A stretch of 64,000 nucleotides of DNA from Euryarchaeota archaeon SCGC AAA252-I15 (GTDB taxonomy: Archaea; Altiarchaeota; Altiarchaeia; IMC4; SCGC-AAA252-I15): positions 6,496 to 70,495 of the forward strand of contig AQSC01000061.1 of NCBI GenBank assembly GCA_000402775.1, written 5' to 3'. This document shows, one piece after another, positions 45,724 through 54,515 of this stretch (its first letter is position 1; the number at the start of each line of letters is the position of its first letter). The notes beneath the pieces are model-generated. The model did not search any database, was not told the origin of the DNA, and worked only from the letters and a program-made list of their open reading frames with translations. Made by a program: the position numbers and the translations under genes.

Positions 45724-46753
45724 CGGAATGATTAAGGGTTGCCTCACTGAAAGACGCATAAACAAGAAAGTATTAGAGGACATGTATAGAGATGGTTTTC
45801 TATATGCTACATTTGGGGAATATTTTAGAAGAAGCCATGGATACGAGATATTCAAGGTTCCAATGAATGCTGAATTCACATGCCCCAACTGGGACGGTAG
45901 ATTAAGCAACAAGGGGTGTATATACTGTCCAAACCTCGCCAAACAATTCACATATGAAAGCTTTCGAAGAGTGATAGGAGATGGTTTGAGGGCCCAACTC
46001 AAGGACCAAGTAGCATATTACAAGAATAAAGGTGCTGGAGACAAGGGTTTAGTATACCTTGCTTTTGGAACTAACACTTACAAGCCTGTTGACGAGTTAA
46101 AGGAGATATTTGATTTGGCTTTGAATCACCCCGACGTTGTAGGACTATCTATAGGCACGAGACCTGATTGCCTTCCAAAAGAGGTTTTAAACCTTCTTGG
46201 AGGTTATGTGAAGGAAGGTTATGAAATTTGGCTTGAATTAGGACAGCAAAGCGTACATTATCATACAACAAATCGGATAAACCGTCAGCACGGTTTAAGC
46301 GAGTCGATAAATGCGGTAAATGAAGCTAGAAAGAGGGGTATACTCACCCTAATCTTTTTGATTTTTGGCCTCCCGTATGAAACGCCGCAAGAAGTTATTG
46401 AGACTGCAAAAGTGGTTTCGCAGATGAATGTTGACGCGGTCAAACTATACCCCTGCTTGGTTATGAAAGATACAAGACTTGCGAAAGATTATTCTAATGG
46501 AAAATACAGGCCGATAAGCCGGAGAGAGTATATTAAAACAATAGTTGATTTTCTGGAAAACGTCAGCCCCCACATGTTAATACAACGAATTTCAAAAGAC
46601 TGCGGACTAGACGGTAAAATAGTTCCAAACTGGAACACACACCGTTTTATTGTGGGGCCTGAAGTGGAGAAAATAATGGAGCTTAGAAATACCAGACAAG
46701 GTAGTAAATACAACATAGGTTTGGATGTTGAAGAGCTTTCACCCTTATCATGA
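45707..46753 (+). CDS. Radical SAM protein, TIGR01212 (YhcC-like) family
   Basis: TCPNWDGRLSNKGCIYCPN matches the CPN.DG...GC.YC cysteine motif of TIGR01212. A TIM-barrel-sized core follows. 348 aa. Confidence 0.65.
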   Translation: MEMKVNGMIKGCLTERRINKKVLEDMYRDGFLYATFGEYFRRSHGYEIFKVPMNAEFTCPNWDGRLSNKGCIYCPNLAKQFTYESFRRVIGDGLRAQLKDQVAYYKNKGAGDKGLVYLAFGTNTYKPVDELKEIFDLALNHPDVVGLSIGTRPDCLPKEVLNLLGGYVKEGYEIWLELGQQSVHYHTTNRINRQHGLSESINAVNEARKRGILTLIFLIFGLPYETPQEVIETAKVVSQMNVDAVKLYPCLVMKDTRLAKDYSNGKYRPISRREYIKTIVDFLENVSPHMLIQRISKDCGLDGKIVPNWNTHRFIVGPEVEKIMELRNTRQGSKYNIGLDVEELSPLS

Positions 46754-47650
46754 AAGAATTCCAAATTCTCTGGCGCCTTCAAGTTTTAAGAAATCCTTAA
46801 GTTTATAGATTCTCCGGGATTTCTCAAGAACTTTAACACCTTCATTCAAAATTGAAAGTAAATTTGTGTTGTTCCGGTCTTGTGATTTAGAGTTCTCGCG
46901 ATAAAGGTGAGCGGTGAATCCACCCTCAACCGAGCAGGCGAGACTACCCTTGGAAATTTCCTTGATTATGTTATCACGATTCTTACTTGAAGAAGAGAGT
47001 AATGCGGACAAATTCATTGGAGAGTAGAAATTACCACGGTAAACCTCATTCCACAAAAGCTCTCGTTCATTCGACAGTACTGTTTTAAACCCCTTTTTCT
47101 TGTTTATCGGGGTTTCAATTATTTTTACTTTGAATTCTTCCATTTCACCACTTCGAAGAAGGTTTGTGTCCCTCGAAACCGCAAATCCCCCATAAAAACA
47201 GGCACATAGTTTAGCAAAAGACAAGCCTGAAATATTTGATAGTTTAAGGATGAGATTTTTTTCCAATACTCTGTCGGATACTTGGAAAAATTGTTCTCGA
47301 AGATACTTGTCAACACGCAACTCATGTATAGAGCCGTTTTTCCGTGCAATATCTCCTAAAAGAGATGCGACTGCGACAATGCATGATGATTCCAGCTCGC
47401 CGGGAAGACCAAGAAGTTTAGAATCGACGATATTAATTCGTGCACCACAACGTAGATTAAAATAATTAAGTGTGTTTTTAGCAACCTTTCGTACGAAAGA
47501 TTTAAGGTGGAGCGGTGTGTTGACGATTATTTTTTTCCCAGCAGTTACTTCTGAATCGAATATTACTTTCTGATCTAAATTGAATGCAGCACCCAAATCA
47601 CCTATAGGGGCGATTAAATCAAACGGAGTTCCAGAATTTGCCTTAGTCAT
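46748..47650 (-). CDS. GHMP-kinase-family protein, possibly the archaeal GHMP-type shikimate kinase
   Basis: Gly/Ser-rich phosphate-binding-like segment LGLPGELESSCIVAVASLLG (the P.GSGLGSSAA-like motif). 300 aa. An aromatic-pathway gene (pheA) lies in the same window. Confidence 0.4.
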   Translation of the reverse strand: MTKANSGTPFDLIAPIGDLGAAFNLDQKVIFDSEVTAGKKIIVNTPLHLKSFVRKVAKNTLNYFNLRCGARINIVDSKLLGLPGELESSCIVAVASLLGDIARKNGSIHELRVDKYLREQFFQVSDRVLEKNLILKLSNISGLSFAKLCACFYGGFAVSRDTNLLRSGEMEEFKVKIIETPINKKKGFKTVLSNERELLWNEVYRGNFYSPMNLSALLSSSSKNRDNIIKEISKGSLACSVEGGFTAHLYRENSKSQDRNNTNLLSILNEGVKVLEKSRRIYKLKDFLKLEGAREFGILS

Positions 47651-48924
47651 TTCCGATTAAATCTTACGAGTGGCTTACTTAAATGTCTTCTAGCCCGGGG
47701 AGGAACTTCAAACCACCCCAATTCAATATCCCGGAAGACCTTAGTTTTCATGACTTTTCGGATTTTATTATTGCATTTACGACATTTAAAACCCTTGTTT
47801 TTTCCTGAAGAAGTCATCTTCCGACCGCAGCATAATGGGGGAGTATCAAGAAGAATAGACTTCAGCTTTTCAATGCAAATTTTCTCTAAGTTAAGCGTGT
47901 TTGAATGCCTTCCAATACCACCGTAAACAATAATCTCATCACCAGTACACAATTGCTTCATTACATCCCTAAACTCCCCTGTTTGACGGTAGGCTCCGCA
48001 ATCGATTTCACCAGTTTCATCCATTAATTTGAAGAAAACGTGACCACCTTGAATCGTTTTTGGATTACTTGAAACTTTACCTGAAATTTTCACACAATCG
48101 AAGGGTTTAATTTCTCTTATTTTCTTCCATTTAAGATGATCATCTGAAGCTTGGTTTGTCTCAAATACTTGAATAAATTCAATTTTTTCTAAGGGTATAA
48201 TATCATTCCAGGCTTTCTTAACAACCATAGAAGACTTCCCCCTGATTCCACAAAAAATGGGGTCAGGACCGTGCGGGGTAATAAGAATTTGATTTGATAC
48301 AATATCTACACTATCAAAACATTTTGGATAAAATTTTTCATTCATAGAAAAAACACTTTGAAAATTGATTTTCCTTTCCTGTCCATAATTCCTTTTTTCC
48401 CGATACGCAATCAACTCAAATGTCTTATCATCAAGAACTGCCCCACACGCAGCTAAAGCACCGATAATTCCCCGACCATTTTTAAATTTTATTACTTCAG
48501 CCCCGATTTCAACTGCAGTATCCTCAGCTTCAATAATAGAAACATGCTCACTTACTACCTTTCGATAGAATTTTTCAAGTATTATTTGTTTTTTCCTGCT
48601 TAATTTTGGGACAAAAGCAATTCCGGGGTTTGTTTTTTTATGTGATAGATGAGAGTAAGTCGTGATGTAATCTATGACTTCTTTTCTAATTTTATGGTTA
48701 AAGTCGGTTACTATTGCAACAGCCCCATTTCCACGTGTTTTGTAGGGTATGTTTGGGTTAAGTCTAATTAGACGAAGAGTTGATTTAATTTTAAATTTTT
48801 TCTTAAGTTTCGCTGCAAGGTATGTCGTACACATTCCGTTGGGAGAATCCGTATCATCAATTCCAATAATCATGTTTTCTCTTTTATTTTTTAGGTTAAT
48901 TAATTTATAGGTTAAATAAATCAT
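47647..48924 (-). CDS. tiaS: tRNA(Ile2) 2-agmatinylcytidine synthetase TiaS
   Basis: N-terminal MIIGIDDTDSPNGMCTTYLAAKL ... LIRLNPNIPYKTRGNGAV matches the TiaS DUF1743/kinase-like start. C-terminal Zn ribbon CCGRKMTSSGKNKGFKCRKCNNK. 425 aa. Confidence 0.6.
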   Translation of the reverse strand: MIYLTYKLINLKNKRENMIIGIDDTDSPNGMCTTYLAAKLKKKFKIKSTLRLIRLNPNIPYKTRGNGAVAIVTDFNHKIRKEVIDYITTYSHLSHKKTNPGIAFVPKLSRKKQIILEKFYRKVVSEHVSIIEAEDTAVEIGAEVIKFKNGRGIIGALAACGAVLDDKTFELIAYREKRNYGQERKINFQSVFSMNEKFYPKCFDSVDIVSNQILITPHGPDPIFCGIRGKSSMVVKKAWNDIIPLEKIEFIQVFETNQASDDHLKWKKIREIKPFDCVKISGKVSSNPKTIQGGHVFFKLMDETGEIDCGAYRQTGEFRDVMKQLCTGDEIIVYGGIGRHSNTLNLEKICIEKLKSILLDTPPLCCGRKMTSSGKNKGFKCRKCNNKIRKVMKTKVFRDIELGWFEVPPRARRHLSKPLVRFNRK

Positions 48925-49127
48925 AATTATAAGTCAAGGAATATGTTATGACTTATTTTTATGACTTATTTTATTGTTTGATTTTCCGTATGATGTTTAT
49001 TTTTGAGATTAAATTGTATTTTCAAAATCGGTGATATTAAAAATTAGAATCATAGCATTTTTATATAAGTAAGTCAAATACAGTAGCATAATATAAGTCA
49101 TATGGTTTATTTTTTTGACTTACTAAG
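48925..49127. promoter_or_regulatory. AT-rich spacer with six copies of the inverted 7-mer TAAGTCA/TGACTTA. A candidate origin or operator array upstream of the Orc1/Cdc6-like gene
   Basis: TAAGTCA at 48930, 49070 and 49094. TGACTTA at 48949, 48962 and 49116. The last pair forms TAAGTCA-N15-TGACTTA ending 5 nt before the ATG at 49128. Confidence 0.5.
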
Positions 49128-50264
49128 ATGGATAGGGAATCATATTATAAAAAATTCAATTGGAACAAGAGCCCGTTTATTAAATCTACTTCAATTGATA
49201 CGCCAATAATTCGAAGAACAGAAGAATACGAAAAAGTAGTTGAATGCATTGGTGGATGGGATAGAATAATGGTTGTTACGGCTCCCATAGGATACGGTAA
49301 AACAACATTTATGAATCTTCTAATAAAAGAAAAAATACATGAAATCGACTATATCATCTCCTTTGATTCATACGATCCAGTATACGCAGTAATAAAGAAG
49401 ATACTCAGTAGTCTGCCCTTATGGAAGAGGTTATTTTCTCGAGAAGTTAACAGAAGCGAATTTGGAAAATTATTACAAAAAAAACTAGGATCGGAAAAAA
49501 TGCTCATTTTATTTGATGAAGCACAAGATTACGACGAGGAATTGTTCAGGTGGCTTAGGATAATAAACGACAGAGCCAACAATGTTTTTATGATTTTTTT
49601 TGGTTTACCTACTCTTGAGAATAAGATAACTTCTGAATCCTCTTTTAGGGATAGGAAGTCGAAATCCATTAAATTAAATCCTCTTGACTTAGATGTTATG
49701 GGGAAAATAATTCGAGAGCGTATTAAGTGGGTTGGTGGAGAGGGTATTAAACCCTTCAATGAGGGGGGTTTAAAGAGGGTTTGCGAATCTGCTAATAGTA
49801 TTCCAAGAAAGCTTCTTGAAAATGGGCAACTTGTTATTAGGGAGGCTGCTATTAGGGAAAAAATTAGTATTGATGAAACGTTTGTTGAGGGTGTTTTGGG
49901 TTGTTTTGAAGAGCCGGTAAGAGATTATGTTGAGCCTTATGAAGTTCCAAAAACAATTGAGAAAGAGTCTTCTATTGTTGATTTTTTAAGTGATTTGTCT
50001 CCAATGCAAAGAAGTATTGTTGAATTATTACAGGTTAATGAGGAGTTGAGTATTTCCGAGTTGAGTGAAGAGCTTGCAAGTGATATTCGAAGTGTTGGTT
50101 CTTTGATTAGAAAGCTTAGGGGTTTGGATAAGGATGAGTTACTTAGAAAACCTAATGTTCCTTATCCTATCGTTGTTAGGAAGGGTAAGGATAAGAGGTC
50201 GGGTAGAGTTCAATATGTTTATGGTTTATCAGATAATGTTAGGAGGTTAATTGCAAAAAGATAA
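49128..50264 (+). CDS. Orc1/Cdc6-like AAA+ ATPase with a C-terminal winged helix
   Basis: Walker A is VTAPIGYGKTTF. Walker B is LILFDEAQDY. Sensor-2-like SIPRKLLENGQLVIREAA. C-terminal wH with the wing KGKDKRSGRVQYVYGLS. 378 aa. Confidence 0.5.
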   Translation: MDRESYYKKFNWNKSPFIKSTSIDTPIIRRTEEYEKVVECIGGWDRIMVVTAPIGYGKTTFMNLLIKEKIHEIDYIISFDSYDPVYAVIKKILSSLPLWKRLFSREVNRSEFGKLLQKKLGSEKMLILFDEAQDYDEELFRWLRIINDRANNVFMIFFGLPTLENKITSESSFRDRKSKSIKLNPLDLDVMGKIIRERIKWVGGEGIKPFNEGGLKRVCESANSIPRKLLENGQLVIREAAIREKISIDETFVEGVLGCFEEPVRDYVEPYEVPKTIEKESSIVDFLSDLSPMQRSIVELLQVNEELSISELSEELASDIRSVGSLIRKLRGLDKDELLRKPNVPYPIVVRKGKDKRSGRVQYVYGLSDNVRRLIAKR

Positions 50265-50283
50265 GTCATGCTCCTTAGTTAGG

Positions 50284-50347
50284 GGTGGTTGGGTCAATCC
50301 GTCTTTGGCGCGCACACCCAACCATTTATTTTTTTAATATTTTTTTA
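50284..50347 (+). terminator. Stem-loop (10-bp stem, 50285-50294 / 50326-50335) followed by a T-run
   Basis: GTGGTTGGGT ... ACCCAACCAT, followed by TTTATTTTTTTAATATTTTTTTAT, directly after the Orc1-like stop. Confidence 0.4.
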
Positions 50348-50562
50348 TGGAAACAAAACTTGTGAGTTGTCAGGGTAAGGCGAGCCGCCTAATGTATGAG
50401 TACGTTAAGAAAAAGGTTTCTGTAAGCTATATGGAGGTTATTTGTGAGGCGGGGGTGATGGGTATTGATGAGGATACGGCTTACAGGATTATTGATTTTC
50501 TTTTGGTTTCTGGGAAGGTTTATGAGCCTGAAAGAGGTATTTTAGAGTTTGTAGATTATTAG
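50347..50562 (+). CDS. Hypothetical small protein (71 aa), possibly wH-like
   Basis: ORF downstream of the Orc1-like gene. No motif. Confidence 0.3.
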   Translation: METKLVSCQGKASRLMYEYVKKKVSVSYMEVICEAGVMGIDEDTAYRIIDFLLVSGKVYEPERGILEFVDY

Positions 50563-50668
50563 TAATATTCAGTGTACTGTAAGGTTGTTGTTTTGTCTCT
50601 TGGAAAAACCCAGAATTATGTATGAAAAGTTAGTTTTTATATATATGTGGGATATATATTGTTAATAT

Positions 50669-50830
50669 ATGAGAAAGAAAATCATGGTTACCCTTAGCGA
50701 GGAACAGTATCAACGACTTCAAGAGTTGCCTGCATTAGGGTCGACTGACTCTGAGAAACTCCGAAATGCATTCTTAATCTACGACAACCTGAAAGATTTA
50801 ATGGAGGTTATTAAGAAACTGAAGGAATAG
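50669..50830 (+). CDS. Small ribbon-helix-helix (CopG-like) protein, 53 aa. It is not in the ORF track
   Basis: ATG at 50669. Translation is MRKKIMVTLSEEQYQRLQELPALGSTDSEKLRNAFLIYDNLKDLMEVIKKLKE*. A TATA-rich region lies upstream (TTTATATATATGTGGGATATATATTG). Confidence 0.4.
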   Translation: MRKKIMVTLSEEQYQRLQELPALGSTDSEKLRNAFLIYDNLKDLMEVIKKLKE

Positions 50831-50831
50831 T

Positions 50832-52124
50832 TTACTTGAAATCCTCTTTGATGATTGTTTTTTCTGAAATCTCACCAACGAAGTTTTTTAGCATCATGGT
50901 TTTTGCTTCATCTGGTTTGTTTGTTTGAGCTAAAACCCACATTAACTTGACATACGCCGTTTCTGAAAGCATGTCTTCACAATAGATGACGCCTCTAGAG
51001 CTTACTTCTCGAAGGTTTGAGTAGACGTGGGGGTGTACGCGCCCGTTTAAACATTGAGTTGTCATTGCCATGATTACTTTTTCATTTCTTGCAGCTTCTA
51101 TTTTTGGGATTAATGTTGTTTTGGGGATTGTTGTTGGAATATGACCTAATGCCGTTCCTTCAAATACTATTCCCCTGATTTTCTTGTCTAGGTAAAAGTC
51201 GATTATTTCGGGATCCATTCCTGGATAAATTCGTATTAAGGCGACTTTTTCTTCTAAATCCAGTTTTGTTTTGGGGTGTTTTTCACCCTTATTTTGGGGG
51301 GGACCCCCCACTTCCCGTATTTTTCCATTTGGGAAAACTTTCGCGACAGGTTCGGAATTAATGGACTTGAATGCGTCCCTCCGAGTGGTGTGCATTTTTC
51401 GGACTCGGGCCCCATTGTGTGCGAAACAAAAATCGTCGTTTAGTGAACCATGCATTACCAAGTACACTCCATTGTATTTGCTGGTCGAAAAAATTGTTGA
51501 GCATAGTAGATTAAGGAATGTGTCGCTTGATCCGCGGTCGCTTGACCTTTGAGCTCCAGTGAGGATAATGGGGGTATCAGAGTTAGGTAGTAGGAAGCTT
51601 AGTGCTGCGCAAGAATAATGCATTGTGTCTGTTCCGTGTGTTAATACGACACCGTCTGCTCCAGACTTGGTTTCCGTTATAATTGATTTTGCCATTTTAA
51701 TCCAAAGTTTCGGATTCATATCCTCCGACATGACGTTCATCAAAGGGGTGGTTTTAATGTTTGCGATATCACTTAACTCGGGAATTGATGAAAAAAGATC
51801 CTCGGCAGTAAATGAAGTGTGGACTCCACCTGTTCTGTAGTCAATCTTGGATGAGATTGTTCCTCCAGTAGAAATAATTGAAATTGAGGGTTTGTCTTTA
51901 CTGTGACTTACTTTTACACCCATATTGTTTTTTTTACCTGAAATTTTTTCCAAAACCTTAATTTCCTTAATTGAGTTTTTTCCCAGGCCCATATTATAAC
52001 CACTGTCAAGTTTGATTGAGATGAATTCATCATCTGAAAGTGAAGGCCTTGGCATCAGAATCCCCTCAAAAGACTCAGAGTCTGTTTTAACGACTATTTT
52101 ATCTCCTGGATTTGGTTTAGCCAT
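50832..52124 (-). CDS. gatD: Glutamyl-tRNA(Gln) amidotransferase subunit D
   Basis: N-terminal GatD-specific domain plus an asparaginase-family core (ISIISTGGTISSKIDYRTGGV, HGTDTM). 430 aa. Confidence 0.8.
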   Translation of the reverse strand: MAKPNPGDKIVVKTDSESFEGILMPRPSLSDDEFISIKLDSGYNMGLGKNSIKEIKVLEKISGKKNNMGVKVSHSKDKPSISIISTGGTISSKIDYRTGGVHTSFTAEDLFSSIPELSDIANIKTTPLMNVMSEDMNPKLWIKMAKSIITETKSGADGVVLTHGTDTMHYSCAALSFLLPNSDTPIILTGAQRSSDRGSSDTFLNLLCSTIFSTSKYNGVYLVMHGSLNDDFCFAHNGARVRKMHTTRRDAFKSINSEPVAKVFPNGKIREVGGPPQNKGEKHPKTKLDLEEKVALIRIYPGMDPEIIDFYLDKKIRGIVFEGTALGHIPTTIPKTTLIPKIEAARNEKVIMAMTTQCLNGRVHPHVYSNLREVSSRGVIYCEDMLSETAYVKLMWVLAQTNKPDEAKTMMLKNFVGEISEKTIIKEDFK

Positions 52125-52621
52125 TTATTAAACACTTTGTAAAGTTCATCGGAATAAGCCACTAAAAAAATCTTTTCAATTGAGGAATTAGGATTGGAAT
52201 TTGAAAAACCAAAGATTGAATGTATCATAGCCTTCGACGCATCATCATAAGATAAACCACCAACACCGGTTCCCATACCGGGAAAGGCAATAGTCTTGAA
52301 TGTGCGGGAGTTAGCACGGGACAATGCCGCTGAAACTGCTTTTTTAACATTCCCAACCCCAATTTTCTCGGATGGGTTTTCCATGGTTGAAGCATGTATT
52401 ACATTACTCACTTTAAGCAACCCCCCGGTCGTTAAAACGGCAGAACCCACATGAATCGGGGCTTTAGAGCAAGCCTCCTCTTCTATTACAACCCCCCCCT
52501 TTTTTTTAATAGTGTAAGCGACTCCACCCCCCATAAATCCGAAAGAATTCGATGGATTAACAATCACTTCAACAACAATTTCAGTTAAGTCTCCCTTAAC
52601 CACCTCCACGCTGAAACCCAT
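52094..52621 (-). CDS. Macro-domain (ADP-ribose-binding / Appr-1''-p processing) protein. The start is probably at the internal Met at 52621
   Basis: VIVNPSNSFGFMGGGVAYTI ... FPGMGTGVGGL are macro-domain motifs. The track ORF extends to 52771, but that extension overlaps a convergent Zn-ribbon gene. Confidence 0.65.
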   Translation of the reverse strand: MGFSVEVVKGDLTEIVVEVIVNPSNSFGFMGGGVAYTIKKKGGVVIEEEACSKAPIHVGSAVLTTGGLLKVSNVIHASTMENPSEKIGVGNVKKAVSAALSRANSRTFKTIAFPGMGTGVGGLSYDDASKAMIHSIFGFSNSNPNSSIEKIFLVAYSDELYKVFNKWLNQIQEIK

Positions 52622-52655
52622 GATATTTATATCCAAATCGACGCATATATATCCC

Positions 52656-52811
52656 ATGGAAAAATGCTCAAGCTGCGGAATAGAAGTGTTGAGAGGATAT
52701 GTTGAATTCAATTGTCCAATGTGTAATAAACATAAAATAGTGAGATGCGAATCCTGCAGGACACTTGGCACTAAATACAGTTGTAACGACTGTGGATTTG
52801 AAGGACCCTAA
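52656..52811 (+). CDS. Small double zinc-ribbon protein (4 CxxC pairs, 51 aa)
   Basis: MEKCSSCGIEVLRGYVEFNCPMCNKHKIVRCESCRTLGTKYSCNDCGFEGP. Confidence 0.45.
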   Translation: MEKCSSCGIEVLRGYVEFNCPMCNKHKIVRCESCRTLGTKYSCNDCGFEGP

Positions 52812-52816
52812 CAAAA

Positions 52817-53089
52817 CTATTTTTTAGTCGAAACAGGTTGTTTTTCAACAAGGATAATATCACCAACCTCAAGAACTTCTTCGTAAGGAATACTCTCTTG
52901 TTGTAAAATACGTTTAACATCATCCCCTGATAAAACATCCCCTCTTAAGGGGTGGAGGCTTAACCGCATTATCTCTCCTTTCTCGAGATTTAGGATTACA
53001 TCGGAAAGCTTGCCCACAAATTGGGCTTTTTGGGTGTACATATCCATACCATAATACTCTGATAATGCCTTACTCATTGATATCACCAT
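52817..53089 (-). CDS. PRC-barrel domain protein (90 aa)
   Basis: Size and pattern (…FVGKLSDVILNLEKGEI…GDIILV…) fit archaeal PRC-barrel proteins. Confidence 0.4.
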   Translation of the reverse strand: MVISMSKALSEYYGMDMYTQKAQFVGKLSDVILNLEKGEIMRLSLHPLRGDVLSGDDVKRILQQESIPYEEVLEVGDIILVEKQPVSTKK

Positions 53090-53189
53090 TAACTATAGTG
53101 TTAATTTATGTAAGAGTATTATAAAAATGAGGGATAATTGTTTGGAGGGGTCACTTCCCGTATTTAAGACTTAAATTGGAATATAATTT

Positions 53190-54146
53190 ATGATGAGTAT
53201 TGAAGAAGTGGTATTAACGACCGGATTCCTTATTTTATCAGTTATATTAATCATTAAATCCGTTGTCATAGTTCGCCCACACGAGCGGGGAGTAGTTGAG
53301 CGTGTTGGAAAATATAATCGAACAATGACTTCAGGTTTGAATTTCGTAATCCCTGGTTTTGAATCCACGAAAAAGGTTGATATGCGAGAAACTTTAATAG
53401 ATGTTCCAGCACAAGAAGTTATCACTAAAGATAATGTTAATGTTGGAGTTGACGCCGTAATATACTTTCAAGTGATAGACCCATTCAAGGTTATTTACAA
53501 TGTCGCCTTGTTCGAGCTTGCTGCAGTTAAACTCGCTCAAACAAATTTAAGAAATATTATGGGTGATATGAGTCTTGATGAAGCTTTAGTTTCTCGTGAA
53601 AAGATTAATTTGGAGTTGCGTAGAATTCTCGATGATGCAACGGATAGGTGGGGTGTTCGAGTAACACGTGTTGAAATTCAAAAGATTGATCCCCCAACAG
53701 ATATTGTCGAGGCTATGAGCCGTCAGATGAAGGCTGAGAGGACTAAGCGGGCTGCAATACTTGAAGCTGAGGGATTGAAGCGGGCTGCAGTATTGCGGGC
53801 TGAAGGTGAAAAACAAGCTGCAATACTCAAATCTGAAGGTCAGGCGCAGGCAACATTAAAACTAGCACAAGCTGAAAGGGAAAAGAGGACTGTGGTGGCT
53901 GATGGGGAGGCGAACGCGATAAGACAGGTTTATGGTGCGATACATAAAGGAAGACCTACCAAGGACTTGCTCACAATTAAATATCTTGAGTCACTGGAAA
54001 AAATAGCGGATGGAAAGTCCACGAAAATATTCATGCCACTAGAAACAACAGGTATTCTATCCAGTGTAGCTTCACTCGGTGAAATGTTTAGAGATGGGGG
54101 TAAACTACTCCCCCCATCAAATAAACCCAATAAGAAGGGTAAATAA
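53190..54146 (+). CDS. Stomatin/prohibitin (SPFH, band-7) family protein
   Basis: N-terminal TM, SPFH core (VRPHERGVVERVGKY...IDVPAQEVITKDNVNVGVDAVIYFQV), and a coiled-coil EA-repeat tail (AAILEAEGLKRAAVLRAEGEKQAAILKSEGQAQA). Confidence 0.85.
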   Translation: MMSIEEVVLTTGFLILSVILIIKSVVIVRPHERGVVERVGKYNRTMTSGLNFVIPGFESTKKVDMRETLIDVPAQEVITKDNVNVGVDAVIYFQVIDPFKVIYNVALFELAAVKLAQTNLRNIMGDMSLDEALVSREKINLELRRILDDATDRWGVRVTRVEIQKIDPPTDIVEAMSRQMKAERTKRAAILEAEGLKRAAVLRAEGEKQAAILKSEGQAQATLKLAQAEREKRTVVADGEANAIRQVYGAIHKGRPTKDLLTIKYLESLEKIADGKSTKIFMPLETTGILSSVASLGEMFRDGGKLLPPSNKPNKKGK

Positions 54147-54224
54147 ACCCTGTAGTAAAATCTCGTTTGGGAAGGCTGAGTAATTTTTTTGATTTTTATA
54201 GAGTAATTCAATAGTTATTGTACC

Positions 54225-54512
54225 ATGGATATAAAGGATTTAAAGCCGAATGCAAGTGTAGACTCTATTTCAGGGGAGATTACCAGTGTTGAGGAGCCAC
54301 GGGAATTTACCAACTTCAGAGGTAGTGGTAGGGTTGCAAACGCCGTACTCAAGGATGATAGTGGTGAAGTAAAAATAACCTTGTGGAACGAGCAGGTTGA
54401 CCAAGTAACAATAGGATCTAAAGTTGTTATTGAAAATGGTTGGTGTAAGGAGTACCGCGGGGAGCTTCAGGTAAGTACTGGGAAATTCGGCACATTAAAG
54501 GCGATTGAATAA
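54225..54512 (+). CDS. OB-fold nucleic-acid-binding protein (95 aa)
   Basis: Beta-rich small protein with an anticodon-binding/RPA-like OB pattern (VDSISGEITSVEEPREF...GEVKITLWNEQVDQVTIGSKVVIENGW). Confidence 0.4.
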   Translation: MDIKDLKPNASVDSISGEITSVEEPREFTNFRGSGRVANAVLKDDSGEVKITLWNEQVDQVTIGSKVVIENGWCKEYRGELQVSTGKFGTLKAIE

Positions 54513-54515
54513 GCT

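Noticed and set aside
50284-50335. GC-rich stem-loop after the Orc1-like gene, considered as a tRNA fragment or att site of an integrated element
   Set aside because: A 10-bp stem with a 31-nt loop shows no tRNA arm geometry. It is followed by a T-run, so a transcription terminator is the simpler reading.
52094-52771. Long N-terminal extension of the macro-domain ORF (to 52771)
   Set aside because: The extension overlaps a convergent, well-formed 4xCxxC Zn-ribbon ORF and has no macro-domain similarity. The internal Met at 52621 gives a canonical ~176-aa macro domain.
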